Numbered from the stretch's first letter, positions 56,438-64,000 are shown. The stretch: 64,000 nt of DNA from a virus (IMGVR_UViG_3300010413_000015:1-64000); one strand, 5' to 3'. Notes: generated from the sequence alone by a model not told the origin. Numbers and translations are program-made.

Positions 56438-56456
56438 GGGGGGGGATACCCCCCCC
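56438..56456. repeat. G8-ATA-C8 hairpin
   Basis: GGGGGGGGATACCCCCCCC. Confidence 0.85.
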
Positions 56457-56506
56457 TCCGCACCCCTATCCCGGGCTTAAATCTTTCCCTATACCAGGAG
56501 GCAGCG

Positions 56507-56851
56507 ATGGCCAGAATCGAGGGCCATGCGCGGGGCAAGCTCGCAGAGCTGCAGCTCCGACGGTGCGTCTCCCCACAGGTTGCCAGTGACCTGGAGAAAT
56601 ACCTCCACCGACTGGTGACCCACAGTGATACAGCCATTGTCGTGCAGTTGGACGAGGCTGTATCAGATCAGACTAGGGACGCCTGGTCCGAGCAAGACCT
56701 CTTGGTTGCAGTGGTACGCCGGGGCACGGTGTATACCGTGTTCTTGAGCCGCTGTGACTATGGGGACCCCACCAGGGCGTGGGCCATTGGCAAGTTCAGG
56801 GTGGCACGCGCCATAATTCTTGGAAAGGAGGTGCTCGATGGATTGTCCTAA
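56507..56851 (+). CDS. hypothetical protein
   Basis: GGAGG RBS before ATG 56507. Confidence 0.6.
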   Translation: MARIEGHARGKLAELQLRRCVSPQVASDLEKYLHRLVTHSDTAIVVQLDEAVSDQTRDAWSEQDLLVAVVRRGTVYTVFLSRCDYGDPTRAWAIGKFRVARAIILGKEVLDGLS

Positions 56852-57161
56852 CCTTGAGCACAGACTTGGGTACTGGGTGAACAACCCGGCCACCCTCGCA
56901 GTACAGGTCCTGCCTGACAGCAGGGCCACCTTCCCTATGGTGCAGGTCCTCTTCCGTACAGAGCCATGGCCTGGCTTCACGGAAGAGCGCCTGACCAAGG
57001 TGCACGACAGTGTGGTGGAAGCACGCGCCACACTGCAGGCCCTTGGATGGGCCGTGGCCAGGGTAGGCGTGTATGATGTCTATACACCCACCGAGCCCAC
57101 ACCCTCCTGGCTGAAGGGCATGGAGGATGCCTACGAGAACAGGGAGCATCCCTGGTTCTAG
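56838..57161 (+). CDS. hypothetical protein
   Basis: AAGGAGG RBS before ATG 56838. Confidence 0.6.
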   Translation: MDCPNLEHRLGYWVNNPATLAVQVLPDSRATFPMVQVLFRTEPWPGFTEERLTKVHDSVVEARATLQALGWAVARVGVYDVYTPTEPTPSWLKGMEDAYENREHPWF

Positions 57162-57170
57162 CATCCTCCC

Positions 57171-57182
57171 TACAACTGAATA
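57171..57182 (+). promoter_or_regulatory. intergenic motif TACARCYRAATA copy 1
   Basis: TACAACTGAATA. Confidence 0.5.
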
Positions 57183-57302
57183 CCTCGCAGAGGGCACGCA
57201 TGCGCCTTAATTGCCATGCGTGTAATGCGCCAGCGCCAGTCCCAAGCCTGGGCACAGTACCCTTCAGAGGACAAGAGCCTCAGGGGTGCGGAAAGGGCCA
57301 CC

Positions 57303-57698
57303 ATGAACAAGACAGTTCATGCGGACCTGAAGAATCTGAACGCCGGCAAGATCATTGAGGCATACCGCACGGTGTGCAAGAATGACTCTTTCACAGACCA
57401 TGCTGTGGTGTGGTCTGTGGCGGCCAGCCTTGTGCGGTACGCAAAGGCCGGCAGCCCCGACATCAGCCTCTACTACCAGTCGGTTGCTCAGTACAGGGCA
57501 GCAGAGGGTAGGAACCAGGCAGAGGTTGCAGTGGCAGTGCGTTGGTCCCAGTGGCTTACTCAGCACATGGACAGGAATGACTGCCCTCGCACTATCCAAG
57601 CCCAAGAGATTCTAGTCTCTAGAGTTTGGATGGGCCTACAAGTACAGCGCAATCCTGAGCTGTACCAAGAAGCCCTAGACCGCATCTACCCAATGTAG
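57303..57698 (+). CDS. hypothetical protein
   Basis: 131-aa ORF from ATG 57303. Confidence 0.6.
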   Translation: MNKTVHADLKNLNAGKIIEAYRTVCKNDSFTDHAVVWSVAASLVRYAKAGSPDISLYYQSVAQYRAAEGRNQAEVAVAVRWSQWLTQHMDRNDCPRTIQAQEILVSRVWMGLQVQRNPELYQEALDRIYPM

Positions 57699-57706
57699 TA
57701 GATGCG

Positions 57707-57718
57707 TACAACTGAATA
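57707..57718 (+). promoter_or_regulatory. intergenic motif TACARCYRAATA copy 2
   Basis: TACAACTGAATA. Confidence 0.5.
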
Positions 57719-58033
57719 ATTCCCTACTGTGCCCTAATTGCCAGTGGGGTGAAACCAGCGTATAACACACCCAGAGTCAAGTCCCGAGGGGTGGGCCCAG
57801 TACTGGGCAGGGCTGGAGGGCAGGCCGGCAGCAGCAGACAGGTGGCTGCCGGCGATCTTGGGAATCCCCGAATGGGGTAATATTTCCAACCCAAATCCTG
57901 TTCCCAAGCTATGGGCTATGGCCTAACCGGTAACAAGTGAGGCCCCGGGCACGCAGCTTACCTTACCCCTGAACTATGTGCCCGGGGGTACCGCTGTTTC
58001 TATGCTGGCGAGGCTTCCAGGAGTAGGCAAGAT

Positions 58034-58046
58034 TTTCCGACGGAAA
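58034..58046. repeat. dispersed palindrome copy 10
   Basis: TTTCCGACGGAAA, intergenic downstream of putative terS. Confidence 0.95.
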
Positions 58047-58066
58047 CCTTCTGGAGAGTGGGGGGA

Positions 58067-58594
58067 TTACTGGACATTGACGACAATCTCCCCATCCTCT
58101 ACCTCTATCTCCTGAGTGACTTGGCGCAACTTCAGGCGTTTCCCCTGATGCCCCATGACCGCATCAATAATCCGACGAGCATCAGAACTCCCCCCCACCC
58201 CGCTAGACTGACTATCTCGTTCTAGGTCCATCTTCACATCACGGAGAAACCTCGCCGCCTGAACCGCTTCCTTACTATCGCCAGACGTGGCGATATTCGA
58301 CATGTTCACAAGGACCCGTACCCACCAGGTAGATAGGACCTCCGATGCTATCGCATCAAGGCCACGCATTTCGGAAAGAATTGCCTCCTGGATAAGAGGG
58401 TTCTTGATGCTGTCATAGAACACCTGGCGAGAGACATTCGCCTTCTCGCAGGCTGCCTTGATGTTCGTTGCCCCCTCCTGAAAGGCAGCACGCACCGCTA
58501 AGACACGGTCCCAGTCACGTTGGTCCTTTGGAGTGAGCAGGACGGTCTCCTTCTCTACTGCCTCTGCTGGGATGATTTCCACACTCTTGTTCAT
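58067..58594 (-). CDS. putative terminase small subunit (HTH protein)
   Basis: NIKAACEKANVSRQVFY HTH followed by NP and A..GD...V.AARF helical motif typical of TerS-like proteins. Confidence 0.6.
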   Translation of the reverse strand: MNKSVEIIPAEAVEKETVLLTPKDQRDWDRVLAVRAAFQEGATNIKAACEKANVSRQVFYDSIKNPLIQEAILSEMRGLDAIASEVLSTWWVRVLVNMSNIATSGDSKEAVQAARFLRDVKMDLERDSQSSGVGGSSDARRIIDAVMGHQGKRLKLRQVTQEIEVEDGEIVVNVQ

Positions 58595-58632
58595 AGTTCA
58601 GCCCTTTGTCAGTTAGTGTCACCGTGACGCTA

Positions 58633-58661
58633 AGTATAGCACAGGGGGCGAGCCAGGGCAA
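58633..58661 (-). promoter_or_regulatory. sigma70-type promoter for putative terS
   Basis: TTGCCC-N17-TATACT with TG extension. Confidence 0.55.
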
Positions 58662-58685
58662 GTTGCCCTAGAAAGGAAATATCCA

Positions 58686-58979
58686 ATGTCTGACGCCATT
58701 GAGCGCAATATCATCATGAGGGCTCGTGGTCTCATCCCGATGATAGCCGTCACCCTGAGCGGCATGGTGGGATATTCGGCATCCTCCTATCGGCCTGACC
58801 GGTTGCGCTATGACTCTTACGAAAGTGTGGTTTGGGGCAACCTCTACGCGCAGAGCGTGTACATTTGCCAGATGACCATTAGCCCCGATTCCATCAAGCT
58901 GTTTGACTTCCGTAAAAGCCTGGGGATTGACTCTCCTATCGTCATCCCCATAAAGGAGTCGTGCAATGGAATGGAATAG
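58686..58979 (+). CDS. hypothetical protein
   Basis: AAAGGA RBS, 97 aa. Confidence 0.5.
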   Translation: MSDAIERNIIMRARGLIPMIAVTLSGMVGYSASSYRPDRLRYDSYESVVWGNLYAQSVYICQMTISPDSIKLFDFRKSLGIDSPIVIPIKESCNGME

Positions 58980-59211
58980 TGGTCGGGAGTGTTGGGAGTC
59001 CAAGACCCATCCGCCCTACATATCGGTGTACTTGAGCATAGGGGGGTGGAAGCCTCAGTTGCTTGTGTGGGTCAGCTACAGCAACTCAAGCCTGGAGACG
59101 CCCGGCCACTATGAGCCCTGGCAGACGGGCTGGGGCTGCAACACGAGGGAGTCCGCCATTTCCCAGGGCAAGGATTGGGCAGAGGCAGAGGAACTCGAGT
59201 TCCGCGAGTAG
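58966..59211 (+). CDS. hypothetical protein
   Basis: AAGGAG RBS, 81 aa. Confidence 0.6.
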   Translation: MEWNSGRECWESKTHPPYISVYLSIGGWKPQLLVWVSYSNSSLETPGHYEPWQTGWGCNTRESAISQGKDWAEAEELEFRE

Positions 59212-59236
59212 TCCCTGCCATCTCGCCGTAGAGGAA

Positions 59237-59249
59237 TTTCCGACGGAAA
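59237..59249. repeat. dispersed palindrome copy 11
   Basis: TTTCCGACGGAAA, intergenic. Confidence 0.95.
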
Positions 59250-59280
59250 CTGAGAGGGGTCATTCCCCCAAGGAGGGAAG

Positions 59281-59472
59281 ATGAAGCTGGGACGGAAAGT
59301 GATTACCACGCAGGTTGACGCGCCCGGCAAGACGTTGGAGGACATTGGGGTCCAGAAGCAGGCCATAAGGAAATGCGGGAGCCGGTGCAGCTCCTGCAAC
59401 AGGGTCTGCAACTTCCGGGACCCCAGCCAGCCCCTGCCCAAGGGGGGCACAGGGTTCGGCTTCCGGCTCTAG
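59281..59472 (+). CDS. small Cys-rich protein
   Basis: AAGGAGG RBS; C...C..C...C. Confidence 0.55.
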   Translation: MKLGRKVITTQVDAPGKTLEDIGVQKQAIRKCGSRCSSCNRVCNFRDPSQPLPKGGTGFGFRL

Positions 59473-59493
59473 TCGAACCCCGCAGTACAGAAA

Positions 59494-59505
59494 TACAACC
59501 GAATA
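59494..59505 (+). promoter_or_regulatory. intergenic motif TACARCYRAATA copy 3
   Basis: TACAACCGAATA followed by CAGCCCCCCGGCCAG. Confidence 0.5.
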
Positions 59506-59588
59506 CAGCCCCCCGGCCAGCCTTCATTGCTGACCACCAGGGGGTGATCGGGTAGAGGACGAAAGGGCCTCGCCCATTGGAGGGCTTG

Positions 59589-59855
59589 ATGCTACACTTC
59601 CACTACTCGCTTCATGCAGTGCTGTGGGACGCAGAAGGATATCACGTGGATACCCGTGACTTCCTGAACTTCCATGAAGCCATGAAGGCTCACAGGCGCA
59701 ACGTCCAGCGCCAGGCCTGTGTGCTTTCTAGGCTAGAGACGCCAAAATCGACATGGCTTGCCGAGCGGATGGGGGACGGCAACTGGTCCTTCCATGTCAC
59801 TCCCGTCCCAGCCTGGAAGAAGGACTGGGTCCAGAATGCGTTCTCTAACGACTAG
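59589..59855 (+). CDS. hypothetical protein
   Basis: GGAGG RBS. Confidence 0.55.
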   Translation: MLHFHYSLHAVLWDAEGYHVDTRDFLNFHEAMKAHRRNVQRQACVLSRLETPKSTWLAERMGDGNWSFHVTPVPAWKKDWVQNAFSND

Positions 59856-59903
59856 GGCCTATCGGCCTAGACCGTGAATCTTGACTCTTGAAAGGAGAGT
59901 ACA

Positions 59904-60140
59904 ATGGCAGCGACAAAGGTGTATTTCGACGGAACGTCCACAAAGGTCCAGCCAGAGGACCGGTTGGTTCTGGTGGTCGAGAACGGGAAAGGGCGCAAGC
60001 CCAAGGAGGCCATGACCTGGGCCGAGTTCAAGTCCCTGCAGGAGCAGGGCATCACCCTGTCCGAGAAGAAAAGTCGGCGCCGGGTGAATCGGCGCTATCG
60101 GCATGGCTACGAGGTGGTAGTTGAGGTCCCTGTGGCCTAA
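59904..60140 (+). CDS. hypothetical protein
   Basis: AAGGAG RBS, 78 aa. Confidence 0.6.
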   Translation: MAATKVYFDGTSTKVQPEDRLVLVVENGKGRKPKEAMTWAEFKSLQEQGITLSEKKSRRRVNRRYRHGYEVVVEVPVA

Positions 60141-60159
60141 TCACTGCCTGTCGGCGCCT

Positions 60160-60171
60160 TACAGCTAAATA
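60160..60171 (+). promoter_or_regulatory. intergenic motif TACARCYRAATA copy 4
   Basis: TACAGCTAAATA followed by CATGGCCCCCCGCCCAG. Confidence 0.45.
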
Positions 60172-60241
60172 CATGGCCCCCCGCCCAGGGGCCAGATCGG
60201 GGTGAGACCACAATAGGGGGTCCCCCAATTCGGAGGCTGGT

Positions 60242-60724
60242 ATGAACGGCTCAATAAGGCTAGTTTTCGAGATTGAGGGCACGCCACCTGACAATCAAGG
60301 TGGCATCTGCTACATTGACAATGATGTCAGCGATTGGGCCTCGGTAGATGAGGCCCTGTTCGAGCTCGAACTCGAGCCCGGGGTTGTGGAAGCCGGCGCC
60401 CAAATCATGTGTGGGGTACATGGTTGGGCCCCAGCCCCGTTCGAGGTGTGTGAGTACTGCCGTAGCGAGGAAGCCGAGAGGCGGATGGAGTATATACATA
60501 CCCTATCTGCTGATGCCCTTGCTCAGGCACATGCGGAAGAGGAAGCCCGGTACTGGGGCTACAGCCTGTATACAACCCGTGAGCAGGAACAAGCCTGGGA
60601 CGCCCAGGCCCGTTATGAGGCCGAGGCACAAGCTGAAGAAGCCGCTAACTGGCGGCTCCAGACCGAGGAAGAAATCTCCGCTATCGCGGAAGACCACGAG
60701 CGGTTCGCCGCTCGTTTCTTGTAA
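60242..60724 (+). CDS. acidic hypothetical protein
   Basis: GGAGG RBS; C..H...C..C motif; Glu/Ala-rich C-terminus. Confidence 0.6.
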   Translation: MNGSIRLVFEIEGTPPDNQGGICYIDNDVSDWASVDEALFELELEPGVVEAGAQIMCGVHGWAPAPFEVCEYCRSEEAERRMEYIHTLSADALAQAHAEEEARYWGYSLYTTREQEQAWDAQARYEAEAQAEEAANWRLQTEEEISAIAEDHERFAARFL

Positions 60725-61175
60725 GCCTCACCACGAACAGAGTGGTGTAGCCGCTCCACAGGAGCGCAAGGGGGAGGCCTGCCTGGTTCCTTCCCCTGTT
60801 TCTGAAAATCCAGGAGAGGGTAGGACGTTGAAAACGGCTGGGGCACAGGGCCGTGAGTAGACGTATGTGTGCTGTGCCCAAGGTAATGGAGGGTCCCCTT
60901 GTCGCAAATTGGCCCTGTGTAGGCAGCATGCCGCCTAACCAAGCATGCCGAGCCAGGGACTGGTATCCCCTTGGTCGTGTACGAGTATGATACCACGCAG
61001 ATGACCTAGACTGCTCGTGTACCCCAGCACTGAGCAGATGAACACAGGGGAGGTAACACCCGCCACCTGTAGTGAGTGCGGGACATGGGTACCCAGGGGG
61101 AGGCAGGCCACCTCCCCCGATCTTATCTTATTTCTAAGGGCTAGGCCCACGGCGTGGGCAGAAAGGTGGTGTATC

Positions 61176-61589
61176 GTGGCAGACTACCTCATCAGGTTTG
61201 ACGGTGGTTCTAGGGGAAACGGAACCGACAACGCTGAGGGCTATGGCTCCTACAGCATCGAGGCGGCTGATGGCCGCAAGGTCCTGCAACGCCTTGATTT
61301 CGGGACCGGCGTGACCAACAACGAGGCCGAGTACCGGGCGCTCCAGGCAGCCGTGGTAGACCTCCACGGCCGCATCAGCAAGGTGTCTAGCCCGGCCAAC
61401 TTCTCCCTGGTTATTCAGGGAGACTCGAGCCTGGTCATCAACCAGCTTCAGGTGACCAAGCCGTGGAAGTGCAAGGCCCCAAACCTCATCCAGTACCGCA
61501 ATTTCGTGCGGGACCTTCTGGCCACCTTTGGCAGCGTCTCCCTTCAGCATGTGGGAAGGGACGCAATGGTTGCAGAGTTCGGTCATTAG
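61176..61589 (+). CDS. ribonuclease HI-family protein
   Basis: FDGGSRGN, TNNEAEYRAL, GDSSLVINQ, WKCK. Confidence 0.88.
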   Translation: MADYLIRFDGGSRGNGTDNAEGYGSYSIEAADGRKVLQRLDFGTGVTNNEAEYRALQAAVVDLHGRISKVSSPANFSLVIQGDSSLVINQLQVTKPWKCKAPNLIQYRNFVRDLLATFGSVSLQHVGRDAMVAEFGH

Positions 61590-61613
61590 AGAGGGCTGTG
61601 GCTCTCTCTTTTT
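61588..61613 (+). terminator. intrinsic terminator
   Basis: AGAGAGGGC-TGTG-GCTCTCTCT followed by a T run. Confidence 0.65.
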
Positions 61614-61718
61614 CTGTCCCCCCTGTAGGGGGACGATCCTTACCGGGTACCTCCATACCCGGGCGCGACAGGACGCCTTCCTGTCAGAGAACTAAGCTTC
61701 AAATGGAAGGAGGGCCAG

Positions 61719-63917
61719 ATGAAGCTCGCCGTTCTCGCAATTCTCACCCTGGTGTGGGAGGGGACCGTGCCGTACCTCCACACACTCTACGAGGCTCTCG
61801 TGGGAGAGCCTCTGGCAGTAGTCCAGGTCAGCACCAAGCCCAAGCACCGCCAGTGGATGACACGCCTGCTGGTAGGGCTTCAGGACAAGGGGTGGCACCT
61901 GGACTTTGCCACAAGTGCCAGAAAGAGCGGACAGGCCATCATTTCCCAGACTGGGAAAGTGTCCTCGCTCTTCTGGCGCACGGCTGAGGAGGCCATTGCC
62001 TATGGCAGTATCCTTCTCACGCCGTGCTGGGGTGCGTACCCCCAGTCCATGACCCTGAAGGTTCGGGTGGTGGAGGATGGGGAGTACGACACCGGGGATT
62101 GCCACGGCAAGGCGAGCCGGGCAGTCTATGCCGCCCTTGGTGGTGTTGTGCAACAGGCCGCACAGTTCCGCCTAGGGGTCCTGGCCGGTGGCTTGCTGGC
62201 CAAGGGCACATTCTGCATCCCAGATGTGTCCCTCGCCTGGCCAGACGGGGTAGACCTGATTCTGCCCCGGAGCTGCTTCAAGAGCAGCAACAAGCCTGGC
62301 CCTGGCACGTATACCTGGGACCTGGTCCTGGGTGTCGTGAACTGGAGCAAGCCCACCCCGACCAAGATGGGCTGGCAGATGCTCCAGTGGTTCAGTTGGG
62401 CAGCGGTAGAGGCCGACATCCTTCCCAGGGTCAAGGAGGGAGCAGCCCAACTGGTTGCCGCCCTGGCAGATGTCAGGGCACTTGCCGAGCTTCTCCGGCT
62501 ATACTCTGTGCCCAGCATCGACACAGAGGACGGGGAAGATGACCAGGCCGAGGTCTTGCTCATCGACGTTCTCCGAGCAGACCACAGTGGCTACCTGTCC
62601 CGGCACCCACACGTAGTTCGGCGGGTGAGCGACATGCTGCGCCGACGGTGGCAGCACCTCGCAACCGGTGGTGGGCAGTTCCTGACCGGCCTTATGGGGC
62701 TACCGGATGACACCCTGCCATTCGGGGTGGTGGCCACCAGCGACATCCCTGTCGGAGATGTCCTTGTGACCCGGTATCCCATCAGGTTCTGGGGTGACGT
62801 TCGGAAATGGGTCAACGTCGCGCCCGTCCAGAGCCTCAAGGGCACCATCTGGATGTCCCATGAGACCGCTGCCGTGCTGGGTGGCGATTTCGACGGGGAC
62901 TACTTCCAGGTGGTTCCGTCAGCCACCTATCCCGCCCTGTCCCAGGACATGGAGAACTGGGCCGACCGCCCCACTGTGAATGTGGTCAAGGTCAAGGATA
63001 GGAGGGCCACCCCCCTGAGTGCCCAGGGGCTGGCCGAGGTCTTTATGAGCAATGTGGACAACATGGTGGGTAATGTGGCCCTGCTCATTGCCCGTGCTGG
63101 CGCTGCCGGCAACCATAACGCAGTTGTCCAACTTGCCCAGGAGTTGCAGGTCGCCGTTGACAAGTTCAAGTTCAACGTAGACAACGACACCGACTTCATT
63201 GATGCCTGCAACACGTCCATTCCAGACCTCACATGGGCATGGGACCGTGAACACCGCGATGCCTACCATGCCCGGCCGATGAAAGTGCACGAGCGGGATA
63301 TGGACACCATATCCTGCCTCATCCGGGAGGTCAATGCCCTGTGGGTTCCTTACCAGGGTATGGCCCTTCCCCTATGGCACTTCACCGGCCTGTTCTCCAA
63401 GCCCGACCAGCACATGGATGCAGCTCGTGGGCTGGCAGTGAGGTATGCTGCCAATGTGCGCACGGCTCTCCGTGCCGGGGACAAGAAGGCCATCTCTAAG
63501 CTCTTCAAATCCCTGGAGGCGTGGTCGCGGCAGGTGGAGAATCCGACCGAGTGGGCTGCTGCCATCTGGCATGCGGTTCACGCGGAGAATGCCAAGGGCA
63601 CCGGCTCGCTGGCCTTTGCTGCGTTTCCGACGGAAATTGCAGAGAGGGTGGCCAGCCTGCCGTCCACCCCCGAGGCACCGCGCAATGCCACCATTGTTGG
63701 CCTGGAGAAGAACGAGTGGGCCAACAACGCGAACGACCTGGTAGGTGAGCAGCAGGTGATGTTCGATATCACCACGTTGCATGGCCAGGTCCGGTTCTCC
63801 GCCGTGGTAGACGGGCGGGTGGTCGGCATTGTCTCCAAAGAGACCCCTGTCCCCCAGGGGACATTCACCATGGGTCTCACGGTAAAGGGCGCTTGCGTGT
63901 ACGCGAGTGCCTCCTAG
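61719..63917 (+). CDS. single-subunit two-barrel RNA polymerase (YonO / cellular RdRP-like)
   Basis: TGDCHGK, QFR...AKGT, LILPRSCFK, RYP (aa ~352), GGDFDGD (aa ~390), QVAVDKFK. Confidence 0.85.
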   Translation: MKLAVLAILTLVWEGTVPYLHTLYEALVGEPLAVVQVSTKPKHRQWMTRLLVGLQDKGWHLDFATSARKSGQAIISQTGKVSSLFWRTAEEAIAYGSILLTPCWGAYPQSMTLKVRVVEDGEYDTGDCHGKASRAVYAALGGVVQQAAQFRLGVLAGGLLAKGTFCIPDVSLAWPDGVDLILPRSCFKSSNKPGPGTYTWDLVLGVVNWSKPTPTKMGWQMLQWFSWAAVEADILPRVKEGAAQLVAALADVRALAELLRLYSVPSIDTEDGEDDQAEVLLIDVLRADHSGYLSRHPHVVRRVSDMLRRRWQHLATGGGQFLTGLMGLPDDTLPFGVVATSDIPVGDVLVTRYPIRFWGDVRKWVNVAPVQSLKGTIWMSHETAAVLGGDFDGDYFQVVPSATYPALSQDMENWADRPTVNVVKVKDRRATPLSAQGLAEVFMSNVDNMVGNVALLIARAGAAGNHNAVVQLAQELQVAVDKFKFNVDNDTDFIDACNTSIPDLTWAWDREHRDAYHARPMKVHERDMDTISCLIREVNALWVPYQGMALPLWHFTGLFSKPDQHMDAARGLAVRYAANVRTALRAGDKKAISKLFKSLEAWSRQVENPTEWAAAIWHAVHAENAKGTGSLAFAAFPTEIAERVASLPSTPEAPRNATIVGLEKNEWANNANDLVGEQQVMFDITTLHGQVRFSAVVDGRVVGIVSKETPVPQGTFTMGLTVKGACVYASAS
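63624..63636. repeat. dispersed palindrome copy 12
   Basis: TTTCCGACGGAAA inside the RNAP gene (FPTEI). Confidence 0.95.
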
Positions 63918-63926
63918 CTGTGTCCG

Positions 63927-63959
63927 GGTCTCCCCTGATATCCCCTATCGGGGGAGACC
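63927..63959 (+). promoter_or_regulatory. 14-bp hairpin sequestering the RBS of the next gene (ATG 63960)
   Basis: GGTCTCCCCTGATA / TATCGGGGGAGACC. Confidence 0.55.
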
Positions 63960-64000
63960 ATGAGTACACAGTTCTTGCTTGGCAAACTCCAGAGTCTGTC

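Noticed and set aside
60725-61175. 450-bp region with several overlapping short ORFs
   Set aside because: No convincing RBS/ORF or repeated motif, so nothing could be supported
2335-63636. CRISPR array or transposon-end interpretation of the 13-bp palindromes
   Set aside because: Copies are kilobases apart, sit in-frame within intact genes, and have no spacers, transposase or target duplications

Overview
The window is a contiguous ~64 kb stretch of a GC-rich tailed (siphovirus-like) phage genome. No host genes, integrase or CRISPR array were seen. It has three blocks. (i) 1-12.9 kb, + strand: replication and accessory genes (DnaC/IstB-type loader C-terminus, TGT/DpdA-like protein plus VUT/YhhQ transporter, PD-(D/E)XK nuclease, Gp37/Gp68, pentapeptide repeat protein, HNH-like protein, AAA ATPase) and an RNA cassette with tRNA-Trp and three non-canonical tRNA-like elements. 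(ii) 13.0-56.2 kb, - strand: a complete morphogenesis operon (terminase, portal, scaffold, capsid, connectors, tail tube, frameshifted chaperone, tape measure, tail proteins), a glycosyl-/methyl-/sulfotransferase cluster and two GH-A-like hydrolases. (iii) 56.4-64 kb: mostly + strand early-type genes ending in RNase H and a single-subunit two-barrel (YonO/RdRP-like) RNA polymerase. Four observations stand out. The 2689-aa tape measure protein carries an N-terminal two-barrel RNA polymerase domain (RFP...GGDFDAD) with a ComEA-type HhH insert, so the phage appears to encode two RNAPs. A 13-bp palindrome TTTCCG(A/T)CGGAAA occurs 12 times across the window, in all three reading frames. Two covarying copies of a CCA-ending tRNA-like RNA flank a gene. 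A repeated intergenic TACARCYRAATA motif may be the phage RNAP promoter. All protein calls come from motif recognition by eye; no database searches were run.
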